From Hormiphora californensis (taxonomy: Eukaryota > Animalia > Ctenophora), in the NCBI GenBank assembly GCA_020137815.1, contig CM035354.1, forward strand, positions 1,674,001-1,738,000: a stretch of DNA of 64,000 nucleotides, in the 5' to 3' direction. Numbering within the stretch: position 1 is the first letter of the stretch; the number at the start of each line of letters is the position of its first letter. Positions 32,201 to 44,645 of the stretch are shown one piece after another. A program made the translations under genes and the position numbers. The notes beneath the pieces were generated by a model. That model was given only the letters and a program-made list of their open reading frames with translations, did no database searches and had not been told where the DNA came from.

Positions 32201-33659
32201 CCACCTCTCTGATCTACCTCGACAACTATCCGCCTTCTCTCCCCACAGACCAGTGCACAGTTTCCTCGGTAACTAACGGGTTCGCATCGCCCAGTGCCGG
32301 GTACACTGTGGCCCAAGGGACAGTCATTAGCACCTTCTGCAACTCAAACTATGCCATCACATTCGGGGGAAATAACTCTGCGATGTGCAACAGTACCCAA
32401 CCAACATGCAAACGTGAGTTGTGCAACTCTGGATTAGTGTCAGTTTTCCACTAGCTGTGATCTAGTAAAATGCTAACGATGTTTTCACTATTGGTAATAT
32501 GGAATTAGTATTACCCCTGTCAGAGCATTGGCCTGACCCTATTCTCATTTCTCTCAAGGTTATTAGCCCCATCTATATCATCTTCCCTTTTCAATACCCC
32601 CCCCCTCTCCCTGTAGAGATGTGCACGGTCAAGAAGGTGAGTGGTGACGCTGATACAACCCTCAAGACTGGCTCTGAACTAGCCATGAACCAGAAGGTGG
32701 CCTACACATGTAAAAATGATGAGGAGGGGAAGTTCAATGTTGCATGTGATGTGACTGGAGATGAACTATCTGTATCGTGCCCCAGTAAGTTTGGGATATA
32801 GCTCTAGACAAGAGATTCATTAATTTCACGTGACATATTAGAGATTCTAAAACTTTCCTAGTAGTACTCTCCTAGTGTCTGCACTAAAGTAAAACAAGAA
32901 CATTAGCCATGAGACCTCAGGTGTCAGGGGGTAAACAGCCCTGAAATCTCAGGACCTGAGGTTCAGTGACTGTTGTCCCCTATAATACCTCGCCCATTCC
33001 ACAGGTATAACGGGTCTGATAATTGGGGTTGTATTTGGAGTTTTGTTCATTACCCTCGCTGTGATAGTATCCGTTAGAGTCTACCAAATCAAGACACGAC
33101 CCGAGTAAGTGATTCAAATGTGTTTTATTTGTACCATGGTCGATACACTAATATCGGGTATGTTGGACGGGCGCCCTCTTCTGATTAGATGCTCAGATTG
33201 GGTCGGCGCTGCCAAGCAGTGCGGAAGGGGGCATGGGACCGCGGTAAGCCAATGTTGGCTTTCTAATATTCTGAATTGCAGATTTATTGACGTATCAACT
33301 GTGCCAGACCTGAGCCCTGATTCTGTTATTGGCGTCGTCCGGGGGAAAATGGTCAACTACTCTCACCAAATCTAGGTCTGCCGCTTTCTGCAAATGATCA
33401 CACAAAAAGACACCCACTTTAGAAACCCAACCAGAAAGCGGCAGACTCGATAACTACCATCACTAACACTCTGATGTTATTTCAGGACACCCCCGGCCCC
33501 TCCACCCCTGCCCTGCTAGGAAGGGAGAAGACACCACCGCCTCCCCCTGAGGTAACCCCTGATCTGAAGAGTCGGGTGTTGGCAGCACCTGGTGATGCCA
33601 TTGGCAAGGTGGGGAACCAAATGAACCAGAACCTAAAGAGAATGAGCATTAATGTCTAA
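29287..33659 (+). CDS. Single-pass membrane protein cassette 2, paralog of cassette 1; exons 29287-29356, 29511-29629, 29730-29954, 31366-31797, 31993-32148, 32249-32413, 32617-32784, 33005-33104, (uncertain about 33282-33351), 33486-33659
   Basis: Same domain order as cassette 1. TCPTLD...C...WSHMS..NP.G..P.C is shared, and it has a KRRKR furin-type site. The Ephrin_rec_like exon (156 nt) and next Sushi-like exon (165 nt) equal their paralog exons in length. TM is GLIIGVVFGVLFITLAVIVSV, the tail is Pro-rich, and AATAAA lies at about 33754. Confidence 0.8.
30050..31365 (+). repeat. Acceptor-containing 22-bp minisatellite (about 55-60 copies)
   Basis: Unit taacaccccttctcccccatag. The final unit cccatag|TGACA is the real acceptor of exon 31366. 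Confidence 0.92.
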
Positions 33660-34085
33660 CAGGGACTGATTTTTAAAAGCGGGACTTTTAGGGGTGGAGA
33701 GAGACTATATTGTGGTGGCTGTTTAGGAATATTGGTTTTTATGAAAGTTGTAGAATAAATGCTGTTTGGATCACATCGCGCTGATGTGAGACTGTGACCT
33801 TGACGTGAGACTGTGAAGTGATCGAACCTATACAGGCAGTGGTGACGAGAGCCGCCATGGACTGGTAGGAACTGTCACTAGATACTTAAAATTAGGTAGG
33901 TGTGGCGTCATTGTATAATGAATGATGTAATGACATATTCTAAAACCATTATTTTACCAAGTAGAAAACATTGAGTTATTTAATACTCTTGCAGAGAGAA
34001 AGAAATCAGTGAACACTTAACTAGTTAACTAGTTACACAATTGACAAGTTCATGTGTTGCCACGTTAGATATGAGTCTCATTATC

Positions 34086-34202
34086 AATAAGTTGATGTAA
34101 TAAATAGGGACAAATTGAGACTCGTTGATTTTATTTCAGGAATAACTCCTGAAATAAAATCAACGAGTCTCAATTTGTCCCTATTTATTACATCAACTTA
34201 TT
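34086..34202. repeat. Perfect inverted repeat (55-56-bp arms, 5-7-nt loop)
   Basis: aataagttgatg...atttcagg / cctgaaat...catcaacttatt are exact reverse complements. Confidence 0.9.
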
Positions 34203-34894
34203 CTTAACTAGTTGTTCTAGAATTATGTCGTGTTGTCATGGCTACAATTATACTCCCCTCAGCTGTCAGCAGCTTTTGCAGTTACATCATAGTAGGGTAG
34301 TATGCTAAAGAAACTGTCTGACTAAATACCAACCCTTTTATATATTTCTAGAAGAATTCCCTAAAAAGTGTTCACATTCTTTCTCTCTGCAGTACATTGT
34401 GTTACGAATTAAAGAAATCAGGGTTTGTGGAAAAGGTGCGTCAAATGAAGCGAGGTTATTAAAAGCGTTCAATATGAAAAAAGGGGGGCTGTATTTCAGT
34501 AACATTTCATTGAGTTTGTGCCGAGTACTAGCATGCCTGATCTCTCTCTCACCCCTCAACAACATTGAGTGTGCCTGACTTATATAACTTGATCTTCGGC
34601 ACCTGCCAGTCCACACAATTAGGTTGGCCCTCTGTGAGCCCTGTCTGACTGAACCTCTCTCTCTCTCTCTCTCTCTCCCTCTGTCCTAGGTCTGATTCTA
34701 TAGCACAGGAACATGATCTCTGACAGTGTGACACACAGTTGGAAATGTGCCCAGTAGGTATAACACAGTCACACTCTGAAAACATCCCCCAAAACAGCTG
34801 AACTTTCTGAACAAGGCGGCCTAGGTGTCTCCTATCTGTTTCATATGTGTTTCATATCATTCTGAACAAGGCGATGTCTCTCTCTCTCTCTCTC

Positions 34895-37800
34895 TCATGT
34901 GGAGTAAGAAGGTCTATAACGTTTTGGTAACTTGTTCACCACTGATATCCTCTTTTGAATTGTGTTCTTAATGGGCTCATGGTCATCAACACCGTTCGTG
35001 CTGTTTGAATCTGAGTGTTTCTGTTTTCTAAAGGGCTGCTGTTGAAAGTCCGAGATGACCTTGGTGAGGAGTGCCATCCAGGCGATCTTGGACTCAGGGG
35101 TGGGCATACTGAATGTGTAGAGTCCCGTGCAGTATTTCAATCTGTTGTAGGTGGTGAGAGAGATACAGTTCTTGTTGCCACCTGCGGAGGGGAGGAATGA
35201 GTTAGGGGGAGAGAGTTAAACATATTTCGAAAGGAGTTAGTCGACGAATCAAATTGCTGTAACGGCTTTCCCAATATCTGGAATGACCTGACAACGATAC
35301 AGTTGTTGTGCAGTCCAACACAATATTGTAGGAACACACACACAACACAACATATATAGTATCCTCCCAGTTCACAAGAAATCGAGAGATCTACACAGCT
35401 CTCTAGATACCAAGCGAACTAGTTATAGTCCTACAAAACAAATAAATGAGCTTGAATATATGAACATCTTACCAGGGTTGGAACTGATATCATGAACTCT
35501 GATATTCTCGTCTATTGGAATGGGCGCTTTGTAGACGATGTATCTCTGCTCAGGATCGTAGAGGCCCCCACTGGTGTCGAAAGCCCCCATCATAGACCCT
35601 GGTGTCTGTTGAGTGTGGTGGTCCATCTTTTGGGAACTCCGCTGAAATTATAGAGGGGTCAGAGAGAAGTGGATAGTGGGGAGGGTGGGGGTCAGAGAGA
35701 GGGGTGACATTGGGGAGGGTGAGAGAGGGTGGGGGTCAGAGAGAGGGATATTGGGGAGGGAGGATCAGAGAGGGGGTCAGAGAGAGGGGGATAGTGGGGA
35801 GGGGGTCAGAGAGGGTGGGGGGGTCAGAGAGGGTGGGGGGTACGAGAGAGGACTCATTGAAGCACAGAAACTAATATTGGTGTATTTACTGGTTGGATCA
35901 ATATAGTACGTACCTTCCGTATCGACTGGTTGGATCTGGTCATCAGTAACATGTCATCAAACAGAAAACAGTACACATCCGTTGATTTGGGGTTCTCTGA
36001 AGAAGTTGGGTCGTTACAATCATAGATGATGCAATTGAAAACCTAATCTTGGTGATAGTGTCGTTGCTATGGTGGTTGCTATGGCGGTTGCTATGCCGCT
36101 ATGGTGGTTGCTATGGTGGTTGCTATGGTGGTTACCTAGAAGCAGTAAGGGGCCAGCATGGTGAATGTGTCTACCATCTGAACACAATGTAGACTGATCC
36201 TCTGATACAACTTCTTTCAACTCCTCAGGGATAACTATTGATTTGTCCATTGAGTCTATCTTGGGCCATACCAAGATATTATCTAGTTCCTGGAGGCGCT
36301 GGAAGTTCTGAAGGGTGTTCAGTTTGGATTCGAGAGATCGGAGAGAGTCCTGAATTGTTTCAATAGTCTCCACTAACTCTCTCCTGCTACCATTACCTGG
36401 CAGGTGCTTCTGGATGTCCTAGTATGGGGGAAATGATGTTAGAAACATGTTAGGGGGACATGTTAGGGGGACATGTTAGAGACATGCTAGAGACATGTTA
36501 GGGGGACATGTTAGAAACATTTTAGAAACATGTTAGGGGGACATGTTAGGGGGACATGTTAGGGGGGCATGTTAGAAACATGTTGGGGGGACATGTTAGA
36601 GACATGTTAGGGGGACATGTTAAGGGGAGGTGGAGGTTGCTTTTAGAAACATAAAGGGGAGATCATACCCCCATGTTTCGAGTCACTGAAATCTACCACC
36701 GGAGAGTGGGATTGAGGGAGCGATTGTTCATGTTAATATATTCGACGACTGAAGGCAAACAGAATCACTCAGAGCTGCTAAAAGGGCCGATGAATTTCAT
36801 CATCGGCGCTATTAGCACAGTAATGGAAGATCTAAATATACTGAATGATATGGGGGGCATTGCGATCGGTCTTTGACGACTGACGTCATGGAACATTTTG
36901 CAGTTTGCACATATTTCAGTCGCCCCCAGCTCCCTCATAACAATTGAACCATGTTGCTCAATATGACTGGTCATGAGATGTAGCATCCAAAATGCAGTAC
37001 AGTGGGTCATGATGCATATCAAGATGTATTATCCCTAGTGGGTACTGGTACCTGTAACAAGATGACGTATCTCATAAGATGTTGCATTGGGCATATTAAC
37101 AGGTCTGAGAGTTGTCTCTTTTTACACCGGGCATCCTCCAAACACAACTGAAACAGGTAGGGTTCAATTAATTAGGGGGGGGGGGGAGTTCAATTAATTC
37201 ACATTTCCCCCATGCACCTGTCAGAGCATTGGCCTGACCCATTCTCGTTTCGGAGCGTGCGAGAACTGTGGTCAGAGCATTGGCCTGACAGTGTCTATCC
37301 TACTTTGTCTATCCTACAACTGCACCGAAAGACCATGCTGCGCACGTGTCTTGCCGGTTGCAGCTCTATTTGGGGAAATCAGTCGTGCCTGACCTCAGGT
37401 CCTAAAATCTCAGGTCTCAGTGACGGCTATTCCCCGAAATTTAAGGGAATAGCCGTCTCAGCTCTGTATAGTTATCACAGTAATAGCTGCACGTTCAACA
37501 GGTGATGAAACAGTATCTGTCAGATACTATCTGTAACAGTATCTGACCATGGTATCATTCTGCGGTCTGCAGCATGTCACCATATATTACGTACCTTTTC
37601 GTATTCCCGAAAGTCGCTCCTCTCAGTTTTCAAACTCTTCAGATACTTGGCAGCTCGGGTGTAGTTGAGGCAATATCGTTGGTAAGGATGGTGGAATTTC
37701 TTGGAAAACTGAAGGTATAAAGTTGGTAAGGACGGTGGAATTTCTTGGAAAACTGAAGGTATAGAGTTGGTAAGGATGGTGGAATTTCTTGGAAAACTGA

Positions 37801-38127
37801 AGGTATAGAGTTGGTAAGGGTGGTGGAATTTCTTGGAAAACTGAAGGTGTAGAGTTGGTAAGGACGGTGGAATTTCTTGGAAAACTGAAGGTATAGAGTT
37901 GGTAAGGGTGGTGGAATTTCTTGGAAAACTGAAGGTGTAGAGTTGGTAAGGATGGTGAAATTTCTTGGGAAACTGAAGTTGGGGGCTACTCTCCTAGTGC
38001 TGGCGACATCGCTTTGTGATAGTCCCCTGTGGGCTTGGAATTTCTTGGAAAACTGTACAAAGGGAGATCGAGACCAAAATGATCAGGTGCATATGCTAAC
38101 AAAGTAGATACTTGTTTTGTTCGGAGG

Positions 38128-38209
<82 letters not shown>

Positions 38210-38236
38210 GAGAGGGAGAGAGATATAGAGTGAGAT

Positions 38237-38284
<48 letters not shown>

Positions 38285-38320
38285 AGAGAGAGAGAGAAAG
38301 AGAGAGAGATAGAGAGAGAT

Positions 38321-38380
<60 letters not shown>

Positions 38381-41300
38381 TCGAGCAAGGCAAAGACTTG
38401 TTAGATAAGTGAGCCAAGGTTTTTATTGGATCACAGAGGGCGTTGAAGCGAGCTGTATCAATTTCTAGGAATGAGAGTATTTGATTTATTTGAAATTAAT
38501 ATAATATTTTAAAATGTTGTCACAGCTCAGATCTGCTCACTCTACCACTTCTTCCACTTCTCTGCACTATGTGCAACTAATTCACTCCAGTATGAAACTG
38601 CCAGAGACAGGACGAGAGAGGGAGAACCATTGCCCATTAGGGTGGGGGTAGTAGAATGGGTGGGGGCGGTAACGTGGGGGTGGGGGCGCTAGGGTGGGTG
38701 TAGTAGAAATTTCTTAAGTGGGGGTAGTAGAATGGGGGGTCCGGGGTAGTGATGTCATACTACATGACTGTCGCAGCATGGTTCAAAGAGGGCGGTATTT
38801 TGTGAGAGAAGAGGGCAATAGAAAGGGGGGTGGTGGAGGGGGGCAGTATTCTGAATTCTCTCACCTCCTGTAGTGCGTGAATGACACTTTCGTCAGTAGC
38901 ATTCCCCTCTTTAAAGACTTTGTAGAGCTCAAAAGAAAAGGCATTGCTCACCTGAGAGAGAGGGGTTGTAATTGGAGAGGACAGAGAGGGGTTGTACAAT
39001 TGACAGGTGAACTCGAATCAAAGAAATATGTAGGAATGATGGAGGACTTTCTAGAATTCTTATTTAATCTACTTCCAGATAAATCTGTTCTAAATTTCTA
39101 AAAAGTTTAAGGTTGATAAGAAGATACCCTGTCAGAGCATTGGCCTGAGCGCGCGAGAACTGTGGTCAGAGCATTGGCCTGACAGAAGATACCTAAATAA
39201 AATTTTTCGGCTACCGTAGTACATAATTCGATTTATCATGTATTTTTAGCATTTTAAAATCCAGCATTCTAGAACTCTAGAAACTTCTAAAAAGGTTTAC
39301 CTTGTACAACTTATTGACGTTTGGAAACAGCAGGCTCTCATCTATATCTGATAACATTCCATTATCTTTGGCTGTCCTGAGAGTCCCTTGAAATACCTGT
39401 AAAGAGGGTGAATACTGGTTGGATTGATCCATGTGTTCACTTCATAGCTCACTTCATGGCTTGTATCACCACTTACTTCACTTCATGCATAGCTATTTAG
39501 TGTACCCTGACCCCTATCACTGCGCTGGCAAGCGCAAAGGTTGCCATTCCCCCCCTCCACAAGCGCCGCCAGAAACGCAGTTATACGTGTTATGGGTGTT
39601 TGGCTGAAAATCCAGATTTCAGAAGGCTATAGCGTGGCTCCCTTTCATCCGTTTGACTTGAAATTTGGAATGTATACCCGGCTTGAGGTCTTTGACTCAA
39701 GTTCAAAATTTCAAGTCTCTATCTCATCTGGAACCGAAGTTACAGACAGGTCCCATTTGCCCTAAATTCAGTGTAACAGGCATGTACGCGCGCGCGCGCG
39801 CGCATAGGAGAGACGCTTTTTATAAGTGAATGTGTCGCCAAACGAAAAGAGATAGAGACTTCATCTTTTCACAGCTGGTAAATCTACTGGATGTGTGTGC
39901 ATTAGTCGTAGTGGGGTCCCTTTTCATCGCCAGGAACGTCCTACAGAACGTCTTAAAGTCGTCATTTTTCAGACTCTAACCAAAATTCTTTGCGCTCAAT
40001 TTACACCCTGAAGACGGATTCTAATCGAAAATCGAAGACTATATCATGGAAAGAGAATTGTCTGAACTTTCAGAAACTATATCGTGAATTTTGAAAACCA
40101 GACGTATAAGGGTCTTAAAACGCGTCTAAAGTGTTATGACTGTTTAAAAATAGATATGACGATATGGGTTTTTTCGCTATAGCGGACTCAAATCTCATCC
40201 AATCAATCTAAAACTTGGTCAGTACCTACATCTAGCTGGGCCCGATAATATGACGTCATAATTTTGACGTTACAACGTCGTGACGTCATTTTATGACGTC
40301 AAAATGACGTCAATAATGAAATTTTCTCAATTTCGCGATTCCATCCTCTCCGTACCTGTTCTACTACATCTAAATGGATAAAAAAATCCCAAAAATGATG
40401 CAAATTATACCAAAACTAATTAAAATTAGTAGGCCGGAAAGGTTGCCCTATGATTTGAGCTACCTTTGGTACCGGTACATTCCCTTTTGAAGATAGAAGA
40501 TGCATCTGTACCCTGTCTGTACCCCGTGAATGTTACGGTGGCAAAGGTAGCTCAAATCATAGGGCAACCTTTCCGGCCTACTAATTTTAATTAGTTTTGG
40601 TATAATTATAATAATACCTACTGATCTCTACTCTAATACCTACATCTCGTATTATTTTCAGCTGATCAATAAGGTAGACTAGTTCTGCACGAAACAGACC
40701 CCACAGTGCGTCTCTGTGCTTGTATTCTACACTGTGCATCGCTGGTCTCTCTCCCTGTTCCTCAGACATCAGTTCTGACCAGTGGGACATCTAGGGAGAG
40801 ATGTGGGATATATCTTTAGGGGGCATATATCTGGGGGGATCCCCGGGGATAACGTTAGGATTGGGAGAGTATCGTACAGATTGGGGGGATGATTATGATT
40901 GGAGGGTGGCTAATAGACACTGGCTATTATAGTTATAGTACGGGGTGATGTTGTCAGTGATTGTTGTGATGTTGTTAGTGATTGTGATGATAAACTCACG
41001 ATTAATCCATCTAGTGGGTGCATCTTGTCAGTTCCATTATCTTTACACACAATTGAACTCAACTCAGATTTGCTCCACTTCTTTTCCTGAAACTAACAAT
41101 AAATTGAGTTTAGGGGGGCGGGGGGGGGGGGTGGGGTGGGCGGAGGGGGTGCAGCTCTGGGGGGGTGGGTGTGTGCAGGGGGTGGGGTTTAGGGTTCGGG
41201 GGGGGGGGGGGGGGGGGTGGAGTTTAGGGGGTTGAGGGGGGTGCAGCTCTAACTGACGTGTGTCAAGATTTCAGACGCAATTTATAGTAGGGGACAGACT

Positions 41301-42108
41301 TAATCAGTACTATATACGTACGAATGACAGGTATGCTGTAAGAGAGAGAAAGAGAGCAAGAGAGCAATAGGGAGCATTGAACTTACATTTTTCCGTTTTG
41401 ATAAGAAAGGTATTTTGAATTTCTCCTTTGGATCAGTAATGTTTACTCCAGTGTGTACGGCCCCTCTCCGTGACTGGAGACTCGGTAGTACGCTCTGGAT
41501 GTTATTGTTTGTCTCCTCTGAAGGGGAGCTGTCCCCAGTCGTTAGTTGAACAGATACTGTGGCGTGGGAAAGATTTTTAGTGTGGGAAAAAGGAAAGGGT
41601 TGACAGATACTGAAATACCAAACCAAACCAAACCAAACCAAACCAAACCAAACCAAACCAAACCAAACCAAACCAAACCAAACCAAACCAAACCAAACCA
41701 AACCTGAAACCAAACACCAAACCAAACCAAATCAAACCAAACCAAACCAAACCAAACCAAACCTGAAACCAAATCAAACCAAACCAAACCAACTCCAAAC
41801 CAAACCTGAAACCTGAAACCAAACCAAACCTGAAATTAAACCAAACCAAACCAAACCAAATCAAACCAACTAAACCAAACCCTACCAAACCAAACCAAAC
41901 CAAACCAAACCAAACCAAACCAAACCAAACCAAACCAAACCAAACCAAACCAAACCAAACCAAACCAAACCAAACCAAACCAAACCAAACCAAACCAACC
42001 AACCCAACCCAACTCACATGGAGACACAGGCTGAACCAGTTTACAATCATTGTCATTGTCTTCGTTTGCCTCGGTATCAGACGCTACTGGTTCGTCCTCA
42101 TTTTCAGC
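34895..42108 (-). CDS. Dbl-family RhoGEF (DH-PH), PLEKHG5/6/7-like; exons 42108-42018, 41556-41387, 40790-40644, 39396-39301, 38951-38865, 37708-37595, 37147-37052, 36418-36136, 35996-35914, 35641-35473, 35181-34895
   Basis: All exons are phase-consistent GT-AG. DH motifs: ALWGLFRAELVYLIDQLKII, LLFPNV, PYQRYCLNY, RCKKRQLSDLLICPMQHLMRYVILL. PH motifs: HAGPLLLL, DVYCFLFDDMLLMT, YIVYKAPI, YTF...ESKIAW. Confidence 0.9.
36440..36625 (-). repeat. Minisatellite of CTAAC-containing 12-14-bp units abutting the 36418 acceptor
   Basis: Minus strand ctaacatgtccccc / ctaacatgtttc tandem. Confidence 0.8.
37678..37978 (-). repeat. Acceptor-containing 44-bp minisatellite (7 copies plus a detached copy at about 38037-38057)
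   Basis: Minus-strand unit tctataccttcag|ttttccaagaaattccaccatccttaccaac, i.e. 13 nt of intron end plus 31 nt of exon start. Confidence 0.92.
39516..40608. mobile_element. Unclassified 1.1-kb interspersed repeat with an internal 66-bp-arm inverted repeat at one end; second (error-rich) copy at 47218-48275
   Basis: Both copies begin atcactgcgctggcaagcgcaa and end ggtataatta. The inverted arms are 40403-40468 and 40542-40607. Confidence 0.75.
41616..42010. repeat. (AAACC)n pentanucleotide microsatellite
   Basis: Read directly; it fills most of a RhoGEF intron. Confidence 0.95.
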
Positions 42109-42356
42109 CTGTAGAGAGAGTTGTGTTGAGTAAGGAGTGTGGAGAGAGGGTCAAGAGGTGCTGTTTGGTAATGCTGAGGTACGTGAGGTGCTGAGGTGCA
42201 TATATATGAATGCTGTGAAGAATGCAGTTGTGTTCAAACTTGAGGGCTATTTTTCGAGCTTGATTTTATCATAGCTATCATAGCCCATAAGACTAGCTAA
42301 ATTGACCTATAAGTTCACTATTTAACACCCCTTAACTGTAATACCGACTCTAATAC

Positions 42357-42697
42357 CTTTTCATCTAGTTGTACAATTTTAGTTTCAGACAACATGAAAT
42401 TAAAAAACACCTCCGCCGCTAAGGTCCTCCGTCCTATTTTCCCCAATATCATAAAGATTCCTCTTTCTACTAATAACCGTCCCCTCCTCCTCTACCTCCT
42501 CCCTCACAATAACAGAACCAGGACACAGTCTGTGGATCACCTTCCTCCACCAGGCAGGACCTCCAGGTAGGAGGGGCTTGTCTGAGTTACCACCAGATGA
42601 TACCCCTGTAGAGCTGGATACCCGGGACTCAGACCGGGCAGCAGGGGGCCTGGTGGTTCTGTTGCAGCAGTCATTGCAAACCATAAAGTGCACAGGT
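42357..42697 (-). other. Probable proximal 5' coding exon of the RhoGEF
   Basis: Protein-like ORF (MVCNDCCNRTTRPP...GPAWWRKVIHRLCPG...). The phase-0 donor GAT GAA AAG|GTATTA at 42357 matches the 42108 acceptor, but one base must be removed from the T6 run near 42402-42407, or translation starts at MLSETK. Confidence 0.5.
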
Positions 42698-42748
42698 CTT
42701 AGAATGGGAGAGGAGGGATAGTGAATATACAAACCATATAGTGCAACT

Positions 42749-43621
42749 CTCAATTCAATTCAATTCAATTCAATTCAATTCAATTCAATTCAATTCAATT
42801 CAATTCAATTCAATTCAATTCAATTCAATTCAATTCAATTCAATTCAATTCAATTCAATTCAATTCAATTCAATTCAATTCAATTCAATTCAATTCAATT
42901 CAATTCAATTCAATTCAATTCAATTCAATTCAATTCAATCATACTATTATTAAAGCAAATAGGGAAATCCCATGTCCCGTTTTTTTAACCAAATATGGCA
43001 CAAAATTCCTGGAAATGGCCTTTTGCACGTGTTGTCCCTGGACCCTGGCAACCTGCCAAGTGCCAGCTTGAGCCTTAAACTGCACGTGCATCCTTGATTC
43101 ATCTCTCTGCCGGTTGCTCGATTTGATCTGTTCACCACGTTTCTTGAACATGACTACTCAACTTCAACACAATCGCCAGCGAGTTTGGAGGACCCATATG
43201 TCCCAAACTGGCGCTGACGCCTATAGACTACGTGATCGAATCCTACAAAAGAGGTGATTATTATTCAAAAAATGTTGTCAACACACGTAATAACAAAGTA
43301 TCAATGGCACTATAAAAGAAGAAATGACAGTAATACGTGAAAGTATTTTGCCAATGTACTCCTTCATAAAATACTTCAGGACCTGGCAAAAGAGGACCCG
43401 TGGTTTTTCTGTCAAAAGAATCCCTTTGGTTAATTCACCTGATAAATTTACTGATTTTAAAAATTTCAAATGATACTACACTATTTGCTTAGGTTACTGT
43501 ATGACCATTGACCATCCCCGACATTCGCCCGTAGGGCGAGCGGGCTTACTAGTTCAATTCAATTCAATTCAATTCAATTCAATTCAATTCAATTCAATTC
43601 AAATCAATTCAATTCAATTCA
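42749..43621. repeat. (TTCAA)n microsatellite interrupted by a Helitron
   Basis: The repeat runs 42749-42938 and resumes in register at 43553-43621. Confidence 0.9.
42939..43552 (+). mobile_element. Non-autonomous Helitron, family 1 (copy 2)
   Basis: A|TCATACT...CGCCCGTAGGGCG..CTAG|T with no TSD; homologous to 1206-1827. Confidence 0.88.
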
Positions 43622-43866
43622 AACACCGCTCGGTGGCGGGGTGCCGCTTTATTAGAATGATATGGGATAGTGAATATATAAAGAGTCAGTTACAAACAAG
43701 CACGTCTTAGAATGGGATAGTGAGTTACAAACTATATAGGCACAACACTACTTGGGAGTATAATAATATGTAGGGCGTGGTAAGTTATAATAATACTGGG
43801 CACTGGTTAACTGATTTAGGAAAATAATTCATTTAGCTGAGTCATACAGTGGAAGTACGGGAGAAT

Positions 43867-43938
<72 letters not shown>

Positions 43939-44645
43939 GTGAGAGAGAGAGAGTGAGAGAGAAGGCATAGGACATTATTTAACAAAGACTTTCTATTCTG
44001 GGTTTGCTAGGCGCTATAACAAGCTGCTGTGAGGGGAAGGAAGCTGGAAGATAGATAGAGAGTGTGTGAGGGGAAGGAAGAGAGAGATAGAGAGAGATAG
44101 AGAGTGTGTGAGTGAGGGGAAGGAAGAGAGATGGTCTGGCTTCACCTTCCTCTCTCAGGCACAACAACCCAAATACAGTTCTAACTCTCAAACCAAGCAC
44201 AACTCTAACAACTCACTAACTAACACATTTCTAGCTAACACAACTCATTGCCATACCAAACACGAGCACAATTCTTACTAATATATACCCTGCTAACTTA
44301 AATAACCCGCCAGTGGCGAGAAGTCCCACTAGCGCGCTCTCAATATACAGCCAGTCCAGCGGCAGATTATTTCCCACTGGCTGGCTGTTTATTATTAACT
44401 CCTATGTTACATTCAAAGTGTGTGTAAATGATCAGTTCTTACTGAAATACAGAGGGAACACTGTTTGCAAGAGTTACACACTGCATTGGAGAGAAAGAAA
44501 CAACACATTCCGTCAATTTCTCTCTCTTTATCTCCCCTTTTGTTTCACTATCTCAATTCCTCTGTGTTATGTCTGGCATGCCCCATATCTTGTTATTTCT
44601 TTCTCTCTCTCCTTAGTAACTGTTACCAAACAATATACACTCAAT

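Noticed and set aside
36673-37022. Possible nested gene in a RhoGEF intron
   Set aside because: Short ORFs with no recognisable motif and no convincing splice chain.
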